A stretch of DNA of 64,000 nucleotides from Planctomycetota bacterium (GCA_046290465.1 JBKAGP010000001.1:3296001-3360000); one strand, 5' to 3'. Shown: positions 31,174 to 42,283, numbered from the stretch's first letter. A program made the numbers and translations. Notes: a model not told the origin generated them from the sequence alone.

Positions 31174-34100
31174 GTGCTGCTGACGGATGCGATCCTCCAT
31201 GGCCATGCCGAAGAGCTCGATGAGCTGCTGCTGCGCGACTACGGCCTGCGCGGGCGGCTCGGCCCGCTCCCGGGGGAAGTCGACGCCAACCTCGACCTGG
31301 TGACGGACGAGGCCACCTACCTCGTCAAGATTGCCGCGTCGACCGATCCCGGACCGCTGCAGCTGCAGATCGCCGCGCTCGAACACGTCGCCCGGACGGC
31401 CCCCGATCTGCCGATACCGCGAACGGTGCCGACACGCTCCGGGGCCGCGCTCTCGAGCATCCGGATCGACGGCGTCGAGCATCCGGTCTGGATCACCACC
31501 TGGCTCCCCGGCACCCCTCTGAGCCGACGGCCCGGGGTCGGCACGGACACGCTGGAGTCCCTCGGCCGCACCCTCGGCCGCCTCGACCGGGCGCTCGGCA
31601 CGTTCGACGATGCACGCGCACGTCGCGAACTCCGGTGGAACCTGCTGCAGTCGCACTGGATCGAAGCGCACCTCGAGGACGTCGAGGCGGGCTGGCTGCG
31701 CGACGTGGTCACCGCCGTGCACGATTGGTTCGTCGACCACCGCGACGCCCTGTCCGCCCTGCGGCAGGCCACGGTGCACAACGACGCCAACGACCACAAC
31801 ATCCTGGTCGCAGCCGAGGGATCGGCGTCGATCACCGGGTTGATCGACTTCGGCGACATGTGCCACACCGCGCTGGTCGGCGACCTCGCGATCGCCGCCA
31901 GCTACGCGGCCATGCTGGCACAGGACCCGTTCGCCGCCATCGACGCGGTGACCCGCGGCTTCCACGCCGAACTGCCGCTGCACGACGAAGAACTGGCGAT
32001 GGTGCTGCCGCTGGTCGAACTCCGTCTCGCGGTCAGCATCGTCAACGCCGCCGTGCAGGCGAAGCGCCGCCCCAAACACGCCTACGCCCAGGTCAGCCAG
32101 ATCGGCGCGCGCCGCGTGCTGCGCCAGCTGCACGGCCGCGACCACCACACCGGCCACCAGCGACTGCGCGCCGCCTGCGGCCTGCCGCCGTCGCCGCACC
32201 CGCAGCGCATCGCCGCCTACGTCGACCGACACCGCGGGCAGCTGCCGGCCGTGCTGCTGACGCCGACGCCACTCGAACGTGCGATCGTGCTCGACCTGTC
32301 GTTCGACTCGTGCACCGGCGGCGACGACCCGATCGCCTTCGATGCGACCCGTGCCGCCGAGCGCATCCGCCGGACCATGCTCGAGGCGGACACCGACCTC
32401 GCGCTCGGCCGCTACGCCGAGCCCCGCCCGATCTACAGCGACGACGCGTTCGGCGACGCGGCACCCAACGGCAATCGCCGCACGGTGCACCTCGGCATCG
32501 ACGTGTTCGCGCCGGCCGGAACGTCGGTCGCCACCCCGCTCGACGCCGTCGTGCACGACGTCGACGTCTGCGACGGCCACCTCGACTACGGCGGCGTGGT
32601 CGTGCTGCGGCACACCCTGCCCGATGGCACCGCGTTCGGCACGCTCTACGGCCACCTCGACCCGGACAGCCTCGAACAACTGGCTCCCGGCCAGCGGCTC
32701 GCAGCCGGCGACCCGTTCGCGCAGCTCGGCGACGCAGAGGTCAACGGCGGCTGGCCCCCGCACCTGCACCTGCAGCTGCTGGCCGCCGACCCTCGCGAGC
32801 TGCCGGCCGTGCCGCGCGGCGTCGCCGATCCGGACGACCTCGAAGCGCACCGGCTGGTGCACCCCGACCCGTCGGCGCTGCTCGGGCTTGCCGACGACCG
32901 CGCGATCTGGCGCGATCGATACGCCGATCTGGCGCAGGCACGCTCCGAGCGCTTCGCGCGCAACCTCGCGACCAGCTACGCGTCGCCGCTGACGCTGGTG
33001 CGCGGCTGGCGGCACTTCCTGTTCGACCAGCACGGCCGCCGCCACCTCGACGCCTACAACAACGTGCCGCACGTCGGCCACTGCCACCCGCGCGTGGTGC
33101 GCGCCGTGCACGAGCAGACCAGCAGGCTCGCGACCAACACGCGTTACCTGCACGCCGGCATGCAGCGCTACGCCGAACGGCTGCGCGCGTGGCTGCCCGA
33201 GCAGCTCGAGGTGTTCTTCTTCACGCCGTCGGGCAGCGAAGCCAACGAGCTGGCGCTGCGCCTCGCGCGGCAGCACACCGACGCCAGCGACGTCTGCGTG
33301 ATGGACCACGGCTACCACGGCCACACCAACGCGGCGATGGCGATGAGCCCGTACAAGTTCCGGCAGCCGGGCGCCCAGCCCAAGCCGGACTGGGTGCACG
33401 TCACCGCGCAGCCCGACGTCTACCGCGGCCCCCACCGCGGCGACGACGCCGGCGCCCGCTACGCCGATGACGTCGCCGCCGAGATCCGGCGCATCCGAGC
33501 GGCCGACCGCCGCATCGCCGCCTACCTGTGCGAATGCCTGCCGAGCGTCGGCGGCCAGCTCGAGCTTCCGCAGGGCTTCCTCGGCCCAGTCTACGACGCC
33601 GTCCGCGCAGCCGGCGGCCTGTGCATCGCCGACGACGTGCAGACCGGCCTGTGGCGGACCGGCGAGCACGCGTTCGGATTCGAACGGCACGAGGTGGTCC
33701 CGGACCTGCTGGTGCTCGGCAAGCCGCTCGGCAACGGCTTCCCGCTCGGCGCCGTCGTCACGACCCGCGCGATCGCCGACTCGTTCGCCAACGGCCCGGA
33801 GTTCTTCAGCACGTTCGGCGGCAGCACCGTCGCGATGGCCGCCGGACTGGCGGTGCTCGACGTGCTCGGGGACGAGGACCTCGCCGCCAACGCGCGCGCG
33901 GTCGGCGCCACGCTGCGGTCCGGCCTGCGCGAACTGCAGGCGCGCCACGAGGTGATCGGCGACGTGCGCGGCCGCGGCTTCTTTCTCGGGGTCGAGCTGG
34001 TCCAGGACCGCGACTCCCGCGAGCCGGCGACCGACGCAGCGGCGCGCATCAAGAACCTGCTGCGCGAACGCCGCGTGCTGATCGGCACCGACGGCCCGTT

Positions 34101-34200
34101 CGACAGCGTGCTCAAGATCCGCCCGCCGATGACGTTCGACGCCAGCGCCGCCGCCTGCCTACTCGACGAGCTCGACCGCGCGTTCGCTTCGGTTCGTTGA
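31174..34200 (+). CDS. APH-like kinase / M23-like / class III aminotransferase fusion (hydroxylysine kinase-phospholyase type)
   Basis: HNDANDHNILV and IDFGD; HLGIDVF, LYGHL and HLH; DAYNNVPHVGH, SGSEANE, DDVQTG, GKPLGNG, KIRPPM. Confidence 0.88.
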   Translation: MLLTDAILHGHAEELDELLLRDYGLRGRLGPLPGEVDANLDLVTDEATYLVKIAASTDPGPLQLQIAALEHVARTAPDLPIPRTVPTRSGAALSSIRIDGVEHPVWITTWLPGTPLSRRPGVGTDTLESLGRTLGRLDRALGTFDDARARRELRWNLLQSHWIEAHLEDVEAGWLRDVVTAVHDWFVDHRDALSALRQATVHNDANDHNILVAAEGSASITGLIDFGDMCHTALVGDLAIAASYAAMLAQDPFAAIDAVTRGFHAELPLHDEELAMVLPLVELRLAVSIVNAAVQAKRRPKHAYAQVSQIGARRVLRQLHGRDHHTGHQRLRAACGLPPSPHPQRIAAYVDRHRGQLPAVLLTPTPLERAIVLDLSFDSCTGGDDPIAFDATRAAERIRRTMLEADTDLALGRYAEPRPIYSDDAFGDAAPNGNRRTVHLGIDVFAPAGTSVATPLDAVVHDVDVCDGHLDYGGVVVLRHTLPDGTAFGTLYGHLDPDSLEQLAPGQRLAAGDPFAQLGDAEVNGGWPPHLHLQLLAADPRELPAVPRGVADPDDLEAHRLVHPDPSALLGLADDRAIWRDRYADLAQARSERFARNLATSYASPLTLVRGWRHFLFDQHGRRHLDAYNNVPHVGHCHPRVVRAVHEQTSRLATNTRYLHAGMQRYAERLRAWLPEQLEVFFFTPSGSEANELALRLARQHTDASDVCVMDHGYHGHTNAAMAMSPYKFRQPGAQPKPDWVHVTAQPDVYRGPHRGDDAGARYADDVAAEIRRIRAADRRIAAYLCECLPSVGGQLELPQGFLGPVYDAVRAAGGLCIADDVQTGLWRTGEHAFGFERHEVVPDLLVLGKPLGNGFPLGAVVTTRAIADSFANGPEFFSTFGGSTVAMAAGLAVLDVLGDEDLAANARAVGATLRSGLRELQARHEVIGDVRGRGFFLGVELVQDRDSREPATDAAARIKNLLRERRVLIGTDGPFDSVLKIRPPMTFDASAAACLLDELDRAFASVR

Positions 34201-34219
34201 CCTGCAGGCCGCCTCGGAC

Positions 34220-35269
34220 CTACAGGATCATCGTCGCGAAGCCCGACGGCACGATGCCGAACGCGTTGGCGGCCGGATCGAGCGCCAGCCACGTGCCGTA
34301 GACACGCGCCTGCGACGGCCACGCACTGGTGAACTGCAGCGTGAACGATGCGTCACCGTTGGCGTCGGTCAGCACCGGCGCGAGCAGCGCCTCCCAACCG
34401 TGCCAGAACACGCAGCCCGGCGCGCCGAGCGGCGCCATGTCGAACGGCAACGGCACGCCGAGGTAGTTCACGGTCTCGAAGCCGAGCACCATCGCCGCGA
34501 TCGAGTTGGCCGGACCGTCGCTCAACATCACGTCGAACGGCTGGCCCGGCACCGGCCAGGTCCCGGGCGTCGCGCCAATCGTCGGCACCAGCCCGTTGGA
34601 ACCCGCGCACGAGCCCTGGTGCGGCACGAACGTGCCGTCGTTGAGCAGCAGCCCGATCTTGATGCCCGAACCGTCGACGCCGGCCGACGTCGCCTGCTGG
34701 CTGGTGGTCCAGCCGAGCCGGTAGGCCCGCGAGATCGAGCTGGTCGGGCTGCGGTGCATGTCCATGAAGTAGCCGTTGGTCGACGGCGGCACCGATCCGG
34801 TGTCGATCACGTCCCAACAGATGAAGTCGATCAGCAGGTTGTCGCCCGGCTGCGGCAGCCACAGGTACCAGTTGGGCAGCCCCAGCGGCACCCACGTGTC
34901 CCGCACGAAGTTGACGACCAGCGGACCGCGGTAGACGGTCACCGCGTTGCTCGAGTTGTTGGCCCACGTGTTGGTCAGCGTCGTCAGCTGCGTCGTACCC
35001 ATCCGGATCTCGAAGTCGCCGTAGACGACCTGCGAGGTCTGGTAGCTGAGGTTCGCCGAGACGCGCGGGTTGACGTAGACGTCGTTGATGATCGCCGGCG
35101 TCGAGCCGAGCACGCTGCCGGGGATCAGCTGCTGCGTGCGCACACCCTCAGAGCCGAACGGGAACGCATTGCCGCCGCCGGTCGTCGGGTTCGGATCGTC
35201 GTGGTAGACGACGTTCTGGGCGGAGAGCGCGGCGCAGAGCAGCGCGCACAGCATGTGTGGTGCCTTCAT
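34220..35269 (-). CDS. Secreted hypothetical protein
   Basis: Signal peptide ending ALSAQ; Thr/Gly/Asn-rich beta-type body; C-terminal GSCAGSNG...GAPGC module. Confidence 0.75.
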   Translation of the reverse strand: MKAPHMLCALLCAALSAQNVVYHDDPNPTTGGGNAFPFGSEGVRTQQLIPGSVLGSTPAIINDVYVNPRVSANLSYQTSQVVYGDFEIRMGTTQLTTLTNTWANNSSNAVTVYRGPLVVNFVRDTWVPLGLPNWYLWLPQPGDNLLIDFICWDVIDTGSVPPSTNGYFMDMHRSPTSSISRAYRLGWTTSQQATSAGVDGSGIKIGLLLNDGTFVPHQGSCAGSNGLVPTIGATPGTWPVPGQPFDVMLSDGPANSIAAMVLGFETVNYLGVPLPFDMAPLGAPGCVFWHGWEALLAPVLTDANGDASFTLQFTSAWPSQARVYGTWLALDPAANAFGIVPSGFATMIL

Positions 35270-35450
35270 GATGCGATCGTTTCGAAAGGGGCCCCCACAC
35301 GATACCGGCTGGCCCGCCAAGGTTCTTACGGTTCCGCCGGACCTCAGGGGATCCACTGATTTTGCAGCATGCTTTCCGCCTTGCGTTGCGGCGGCGCCCC
35401 CCGATCACCAACATGGCGACCCTCATTCCTCCTACTCCCGGAAGAACGCC

Positions 35451-36674
35451 ATGATCAAGAATCTCACTCTCGGCCTGCTCGCGCTCCTCGCCGTCGCGAT
35501 GCCGGCTCTCGCCCAGGAGGGCTCGGCCCAACCCCAGGACCCGCAGGCCTACACCGCGCAGACCGCCGACCCGGACATCGCGGTCGCCGAACTGCAGCGA
35601 CGCATCAACCCGCTGCTGAAGGAGCAGGTCGAGGTCGAGGCCGAGGCCTGGCTCGCGCTGCTGGTCGCCAAGAACCAGGAGATCGCCGCCAACCCCGAGC
35701 AGTCGACCCAGCTGTCGCTGCAGCGCAGCGGAATCGTCAGCCGCATGACGCTGGTCACCGATGCCTACACGGCGCGCGGCGGCGACGCATCGAAGTACGT
35801 CAAGTACGTCGAGGCCTCGACCGGCGCCGACCTCGCCGACGTCGCCGGCATGTTCGACTTCGCGATCGAATGGGTGAAGAGCCCCGACGGCGGCATCCAG
35901 CTGGCGATCAACTTCGGCCTGTTCCTGATCACGCTGATCGCGTTCATGATCATCTCGCGCATCGCCGCGGGTGCGACCAACAAGGCGCTCAACCGGATGA
36001 AGAAGACCAGCGACCTGCTGCGCGACTTCTTCATCAACGTCGTGCGCAAGCTGGTGTTCTTCATCGGCCTGATCATCGCGCTGAAGTTCCTCGGCCTGGA
36101 CGTGACGCCGTTCGTGGCCGCTCTCGGCGCTGCCGGCTTCATCATCGGCTTCGCGCTGCAGGGCACGCTGTCGAACTTCGCCGCCGGTCTGATGATCCTG
36201 ATGTACCGCCCGTACGACATCGGCCACCTGGTCAGCGCCGCCGGCATGACCGGCACCGTCAAGGCGATGACGCTGGTGTCGACGACGCTGCGCCTCGGTG
36301 ACAACCAGCACGTCGTGATCCCCAACGGCAAGATCTGGGGCGACGTGATCACCAACATCACCGGCCAGACGACGCGCCGCGTCGACATGACGTTCGGCTG
36401 CGGCTACGGCGACGACCTCAAGAAGGTGCAGGCCGTGCTCGAGGAGATCGTCGCCAACCACCCGAAGGTGCTGAAGGACCCGGAGCCGGTCATCAAGCTG
36501 CACGAACTGGCCGACTCGTCGGTCAACTTCATCGTGCGCCCGTGGGCCAACAGCGGCGACTACTGGGATATCTACTGGGACGTCACCCGCAAGGTGAAGG
36601 AGCGCTTCGACGAGGAGGGCCTCAACATCCCGTTCCCGCAGCGCGACGTGCACCTGCACCAGGCCAACGGCTAG
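35451..36674 (+). CDS. mscS: Small-conductance mechanosensitive channel with N-terminal exported extension
   Basis: GFALQGTLSNFAAG, RPYDIG, IPNGKIWG, RRVDMTFG, LADSSVNF, IPFPQRDV. Confidence 0.9.
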   Translation: MIKNLTLGLLALLAVAMPALAQEGSAQPQDPQAYTAQTADPDIAVAELQRRINPLLKEQVEVEAEAWLALLVAKNQEIAANPEQSTQLSLQRSGIVSRMTLVTDAYTARGGDASKYVKYVEASTGADLADVAGMFDFAIEWVKSPDGGIQLAINFGLFLITLIAFMIISRIAAGATNKALNRMKKTSDLLRDFFINVVRKLVFFIGLIIALKFLGLDVTPFVAALGAAGFIIGFALQGTLSNFAAGLMILMYRPYDIGHLVSAAGMTGTVKAMTLVSTTLRLGDNQHVVIPNGKIWGDVITNITGQTTRRVDMTFGCGYGDDLKKVQAVLEEIVANHPKVLKDPEPVIKLHELADSSVNFIVRPWANSGDYWDIYWDVTRKVKERFDEEGLNIPFPQRDVHLHQANG

Positions 36675-36748
36675 CCGCGGCGAGCCCGAACGTGGCCCGA
36701 ATCCGCGCCGGGGCAGACCCCGGCGCCGCGAACGGGTACGAGTGGGGC

Positions 36749-38482
36749 ATGCATCGCCCACCGATCGCCGTCCTCGCGCTCGCGCTCGCCGGCGCCGGCC
36801 TCGCGCAGGAGCGCGCGCCGCGCCCCAACGTCGTGCTGGTCATGACCGACGACCAGGGGCTCGGCGACTTCGGTTGCCAGGGCAACCCGGTGCTGGAGAC
36901 GCCGCGGCTCGACGCGTTCGCGCGGCAGTGCCCGCAGTTCGAACGGTTCTACGTCAGTCCGGTGTGCTCACCGACGCGCGCCAGCCTGATGACCGGCCGC
37001 TACAACTACCGCACCCGCGTCGTCGACACGTGGATCGGTCGGTCGATGATGGAGCCCGACGAGGTCACCGTCGCCGAGGTGCTGCGCGAGGTCGGCTACC
37101 GCACCGGCATCTTCGGCAAGTGGCACCTCGGCGACTGCTACCCGCAGCGCCCGATCGACCAGGGCTTCGACGAGGCCCTGGTCCACCGCGGCGGCGGCAT
37201 CGCGCAGCCGTCCGAGCCGCGTGAGAACCGGCGCCGCTACACCGATCCGCTGCTGCTGCGCAACGGCGAGGTGGTCGCGACCAAGGGCTACTGCACCGAC
37301 GTCTACTTCGACGCCGCCATGCGGTTCGTCGACGATGCGATCGAGCGGGAGCAGCCGTTCTTCACCTACATCGCGACCAACGCGCCGCACGGCCCGTTCC
37401 ACGACGTGCCGAACGACCTGCTCGCGAAGTACCTCGGCAAGGACCTGAAGAAGGTCGCGATCGGCGACCGGCCCAACCTCGATCGGATCGCGCGCATCTT
37501 CGCGATGATCGAGAACATCGACCAGAACTTCGGCCGGCTGCTCGACCACCTCGACCGCCGCGGCGTCGCCGACGACACCGTCGTGATCTTCCTGTGCGAC
37601 AACGGCCCGATCGCCGGCCGCTTCGTGCAGGGCCTGCGCGGCGCCAAGACGTCGGTGCACGAGGGCGGCATCCGGTCGCCGCTGTGGGTGCGCCTGCCTG
37701 GCCGCAACGACGCCGCGCTGCGCATCGACCGCATCGCCGCGCACATCGACGTGATGCCGACGATCTGCGAACTGGCCGACGCACCGCTGCCCGACGACCG
37801 CAAGGTCGACGGCCGCAGCCTGCTGCCGCTGCTGCAGGGCCGGCGCATCGCGTGGCCCGATCGACCGCTGGTGCTGCAGACGCACCGCGGCGACGTGCCC
37901 AAAGGGGGCCACCACTTCGCGCTCGTCGGCCAGCGCTGGAAGCTGCTGCGCCACTCCGGCTTCGGCAAGCGCGAGTTGCCGGACCAGGTGCCGCTGCAGC
38001 TGTTCGACCTGCAGGCGGACCCCGGCGAAGCACGCGACGTCGCGGCGGCGCATCCCGACGTGGTGGCGCGCCTGCTCGCCGACTACCGGGCCTGGTTCGC
38101 GGACGTGTCCGCCACCCGCCCCGACAACTACGCCAAGCCGCGCATCGTCGTCGGCGACGCCAACGAACCGGTGACGGTGCTGACGCGACAGGACTGGGTG
38201 CCCGCCGACGGCGTCGGCTGGGGTCACGACGGTTGCTGGCTGCTGCGCCTCGAACGCGCCCGCAAGGTCGACGTGACCGTCGTGTTCCGCGAGCAGCTCG
38301 TGGTCGAGCGGACGTCGATCCAGGCCGGCGGCAAGCCGTTCGTCGAACGCATGGTCGTCGAGAGCGACCGCATCACCTACGAGAACGTGCCGTTCGCGGT
38401 CGGCGACGTCGACCTGCAGATCACCTGCACCGACGGCACGACCATAGTCGCGCCCTACCAGGTGATCCTGACGCCGCGCTAG
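36749..38482 (+). CDS. Arylsulfatase (formylglycine-dependent)
   Basis: PNVVLVMTDDQG, CSPTRASLMTGRY, GKWHLG, DNG, EGGIRSP; signal peptide. Confidence 0.93.
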   Translation: MHRPPIAVLALALAGAGLAQERAPRPNVVLVMTDDQGLGDFGCQGNPVLETPRLDAFARQCPQFERFYVSPVCSPTRASLMTGRYNYRTRVVDTWIGRSMMEPDEVTVAEVLREVGYRTGIFGKWHLGDCYPQRPIDQGFDEALVHRGGGIAQPSEPRENRRRYTDPLLLRNGEVVATKGYCTDVYFDAAMRFVDDAIEREQPFFTYIATNAPHGPFHDVPNDLLAKYLGKDLKKVAIGDRPNLDRIARIFAMIENIDQNFGRLLDHLDRRGVADDTVVIFLCDNGPIAGRFVQGLRGAKTSVHEGGIRSPLWVRLPGRNDAALRIDRIAAHIDVMPTICELADAPLPDDRKVDGRSLLPLLQGRRIAWPDRPLVLQTHRGDVPKGGHHFALVGQRWKLLRHSGFGKRELPDQVPLQLFDLQADPGEARDVAAAHPDVVARLLADYRAWFADVSATRPDNYAKPRIVVGDANEPVTVLTRQDWVPADGVGWGHDGCWLLRLERARKVDVTVVFREQLVVERTSIQAGGKPFVERMVVESDRITYENVPFAVGDVDLQITCTDGTTIVAPYQVILTPR

Positions 38483-38483
38483 T

Positions 38484-38560
38484 GGGCAAAGCCCCGTCCG
38501 CACGCGCACACGCCGCTTCCGCGATCACGGTCGGCAGCGCGTCCACTACATGGACGCGCT
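38484..38560. repeat. 77-bp dispersed repeat, copy 1
   Basis: 75/77 identical to 54833-54909; terminal hairpin AGCGCGTCCA-CTACA-TGGACGCGCT. Confidence 0.92.
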
Positions 38561-38561
38561 A

Positions 38562-39506
38562 CTAGACGTTGGCCGCGGCGTTCGCCTGCCACCAGGCGAT
38601 GGTCTTCTCGAGGCCTTCGTCGAGGCCGGTCTGCGCCTTGAAGTCGAACTTGTCGAACGCGCGCTGCGTGTCGAGGCGGCGCCGCGGCTGGCCGTCCGGC
38701 TTGCTCGCGTCCCACTCGATCGTGCCCTGGTAGCCGACCAGCCTGCCGATCTTCTCGGCGAGGTCCTGGATGGTGATCTCGTGGTCGGTGCCGAGGTTGA
38801 CCGGGTCGGTCTCGTCGTAGTCCTCGGCCGCCTTCAGGATGCCCTCGGCGCAGTCCTCGACGTAGAGGAACTCCCGCGATGCCTGGCCGCTGCCCCAGAC
38901 CTCGACGGTGTCCTTGCCCTCGTCGCGAGCCGTCACGAACTTGCGGATCAGCGCCGGGATGACGTGGCTGCTCTCGAGGTCGAAGTTGTCGTGCGGCCCG
39001 TAGAGGTTGACCGGCAGCAGGTAGACGCCCGGGAACCCGTACTGCTGCGCGTAGGCCTCCAGCATCACGAGCAGCGACTTCTTGGCGACGCCGTAGGGTG
39101 CGTTGGTCTCCTCCGGGTAGCCGGCCCAGAGGTCCTCCTCCTTGAACGGCACCGGGGTGAACTTCGGGTAGGCGCAGATCGTGCCGACCTGCACGAACTT
39201 GTCGAGCCCGTGGATCCGGCCCTGCTCGATCATGTGCAGGCCCATCGCCATGTTGGCGTAGAAGTAGCGACCCGGGTTCTTGCGGTTGGCGCCGATGCCG
39301 CCGACCTCGGCCTCCAGGTGCAGCACGATGTCGGGATCGCAGTCGTCGTAGAGGCGCTTGACGTCCGCCTCCTGCGTCAGGTCGTAGTCGACGCGCCGCG
39401 GCACGGTGATGTCGGTGACGCCGCGGTTGCGCAGGCCATCGCAGACGAACTTGCCGAGGAAGCCGGCTCCGCCGGTCACCAGCACGGACTTGTTGCTCCA
39501 GAACAT
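38562..39506 (-). CDS. fcl: GDP-L-fucose synthase
   Basis: [67 protein letters not shown]. Confidence 0.92.
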   Translation of the reverse strand: MFWSNKSVLVTGGAGFLGKFVCDGLRNRGVTDITVPRRVDYDLTQEADVKRLYDDCDPDIVLHLEAEVGGIGANRKNPGRYFYANMAMGLHMIEQGRIHGLDKFVQVGTICAYPKFTPVPFKEEDLWAGYPEETNAPYGVAKKSLLVMLEAYAQQYGFPGVYLLPVNLYGPHDNFDLESSHVIPALIRKFVTARDEGKDTVEVWGSGQASREFLYVEDCAEGILKAAEDYDETDPVNLGTDHEITIQDLAEKIGRLVGYQGTIEWDASKPDGQPRRRLDTQRAFDKFDFKAQTGLDEGLEKTIAWWQANAAANV

Positions 39507-39510
39507 ATCG

Positions 39511-42000
39511 CTATCCCTCTCCCTTGATCAGCTCGACCAGTCGCGTCATTTCGTGGACGTCGCCCGTGACCGACTCGACGCTCTCCCCGCTGCGCAGCGC
39601 GTTCTCGCACTTCGTCGCCACCGCGACGAGGCTCATGAAGCCGTAGCAGCCCGCCGAGCCCTTCATCTGGTGGACCAGCGCGCGCAGGCGCTCGGCGTCC
39701 CCGGACGCGAACGTCTGTTCGATCTTGTCCATGCGCTTGCCGACCGCGCCGCGGAAGCTCTCGAGCAGCTCCTCGTACTCCGGGTTGCCGTCGAACACCG
39801 AACGCCCCTCGTTGCTCGGCGCGACGACCGACTCGTCTGCCGCTGCCAACGCCTCGGCGGCGGCGGCCGCGACGGCACCGCCGGGGTTGGTTCGGCGCGC
39901 GACCTCGCGGATCAACACCTCCGGCCGGATCGGCTTGGTCAGGTAGCCGTCGCAGCCGGCCGCCAGGCACTTGTCGCGGTCGGTCGCCATCGAGAACGCC
40001 GTCAGCGCGACCACCGGCACCAGCGTGCCTCGCTGGCGCAGCGAACGGGTCGCGTCGTAGCCGTCGAGCACCGGCATGTTCATGTCCATCAGCACCAGCT
40101 CGAACGGCTCACCTCGCTGCTCGGCCGCGGCGACCTCGTCCAGCGCCAGCTGTCCGTTCTCGACCACGGTGATGTCCGCTCGCGCGTCCTCCAGCACCAG
40201 CCGGAAGATCTGCCGGTTGTCGTCGTTGTCGTCGGCGACGAGCACGCGCGTGCCCGGCCGCACCTTCGCCTCGACCTGCTCCTCGACGACCGGCTTCGCC
40301 GCGCCTTCGGCGACGACCTCCGCCTGCTCCGGGATCGTCACCGGCAGCGACACGGTGAACGTCGAGCCCTCCCCCCCACACCGACTCGACCTCGACATCG
40401 CCGCCGAGCAGCCGCGCGAGGTGGCGGGTGATCGCGAGGCCGAGCCCGGTTCCGCCGTACTTGCCGTCGGTGTGCACCTGGGTGAACTTGGCGAACAGCT
40501 CCTTGATCTTCTCCGGCCGGATCCCGATGCCGGTGTCGCGGACCTGCAGCCGCAGCGTGCCGGCCTTGTTCTCCTCCTGCGGCTGGTCGTACGAGACGGT
40601 GATCGTCACGCCGCCCTCGCTGGTGAACTTGAGCCCGTTGGACATCAGGTTGACCAGGATCTGCCGCAGCCGCGTCGCATCGGAGAGGACCTTCGACGGC
40701 ACCTCGGACGCGTAGACGACGGCGATCTCGATGCCCTTGTCCTGCGCGATCCAGTTGAGCGACATCACCGCATCGCTGACCAGCTCGGTCAGGTTGATCG
40801 CGCCGAGCTGCACCGCCATCTTGCGGCTCTCGATCTTCGAGATGTCGAGGATGTCGTTGATCAACCCGAGCAGGAAGTCGGCGCTGCGCTGGATGCGCGT
40901 GCACATCCGGATGCGGTCCTCGAGCGACGTGCTGGCCCGCGCGGCGAGATCGGCGTAGCCGACGATCGCGGTCAGCGGCGTGCGCAGCTCGTGCGACACG
41001 TTGGCGAGGAACTCGCTCTTCGCGTCACTCGCCGCCTCGGCGCGCGCCAGCGCTTCGCTGCTGCGCTTGCGCGCCTCCTCGAGCGACCACTGCGCGCGGA
41101 TCCGTTCGATCGAACGGCCGAGCGCCTGCGCCAGGTTGCTGAGCACCGCGCGCTCGTCCGCCGACCACTTGCGGCCGGCATGGGTCTCGTCGAATCCGAG
41201 CACGCCCTCGAGCGTGTCGGGGCACTGGATCGGCAGCAGGATCATCGATCGGATCCCGTGCGCGTGCAGCCGCGCCGCAGTCTCCGAATCGGTCGCCTCG
41301 GTATCGTCGATCGTGACGACCCGGTCGGCCTCGAGTTCCTGCCGAATGAACGGATCGCGCAGGAGCGGTATGCCGATCAGACCGCGATCCGCGTCGTCGG
41401 CCTTGGCCGACGCCCACTCCGCCGGCGTCGTCAGCGTCTTGCTGCCGCCGAACGTGCGCACCCGGAACACGAAGCCGTGCGCGACGTCGAGGATCTCCCC
41501 GATCGCGGCGAGCGCCTCGGCCATCGAATCGTTGAGCGTGCTCGACGTGATCAGCGTCGTCGTCGCGCGCGTGACGACCTGCTGCAGGATCGACAGCTTG
41601 GCCGCCTGGATCGCGACCCGGCGATCCGCCGTGATGTCGCAGATGATCAGGCACTGCCGTTCGCTCTCGCCGGCGAGGTCGGCGACCGTGACCTCCACGG
41701 CCCGCTGCGTGCCGTCCGCCTCGATGGCAACATGTCGAGCCGCGTGCCGACCCGGCTGCGCTCGTAGATCTGCTGGACGTAGTAGCCGCGGTTCTGGCCG
41801 GTCAGCGAGTTGCCGACCAGCAGTTCGTCCAGCGGCCTGCCGCACAGATCCGCCCGCTTGCGCCCGAACATCTCCTCCGCCGCTCCGTTGCACAGCTCGA
41901 CATCGCCGGTCGGATCGATGATCACGATGGCGTCGTGCAGCGACTCGAGGATCGCTTCGTGCACGGAGATCGAGGGGGCGTTGCTCTGTTCGGCGCTCAT
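39511..42000 (-). pseudogene. Hybrid sensor kinase PAS-GAF-HisKA-HATPase-REC-Hpt with two frameshifts (possibly sequencing errors)
   Basis: PAS in the 42000 frame; [30 protein letters not shown] and GGTGLGL in a second frame; LMDMNMPVLDG, KP and HQMKGSAG back in the first frame; shifts at about 41730 and at 40371-40377. Confidence 0.85.
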
Positions 42001-42283
42001 TCGGTCGTCGAAGCCGCGAGCCGGCATGCTGCGCCCGCTCCGTCGTGCGTAGTAGATCGGGGCGGCGCGCGCCGCGACTTGAGCGCCCGCCTCGCTCGTA
42101 TCGCAGCGCGGCGCCCAGCGTCGCCCGCGGCGCGACAGGCCGTGCAGCCGCAGCCAGCACAAGTCGCCATGCTGCGGGAGGATCCGAGCTGGCCTCCGGC
42201 CTCGCCCGGGCCGCGTCCGATGGCTGATAGATCCGGCCACGACTCCCGCGACGGTCGGGCCAACACGTCAGGAGAGGAAACGA

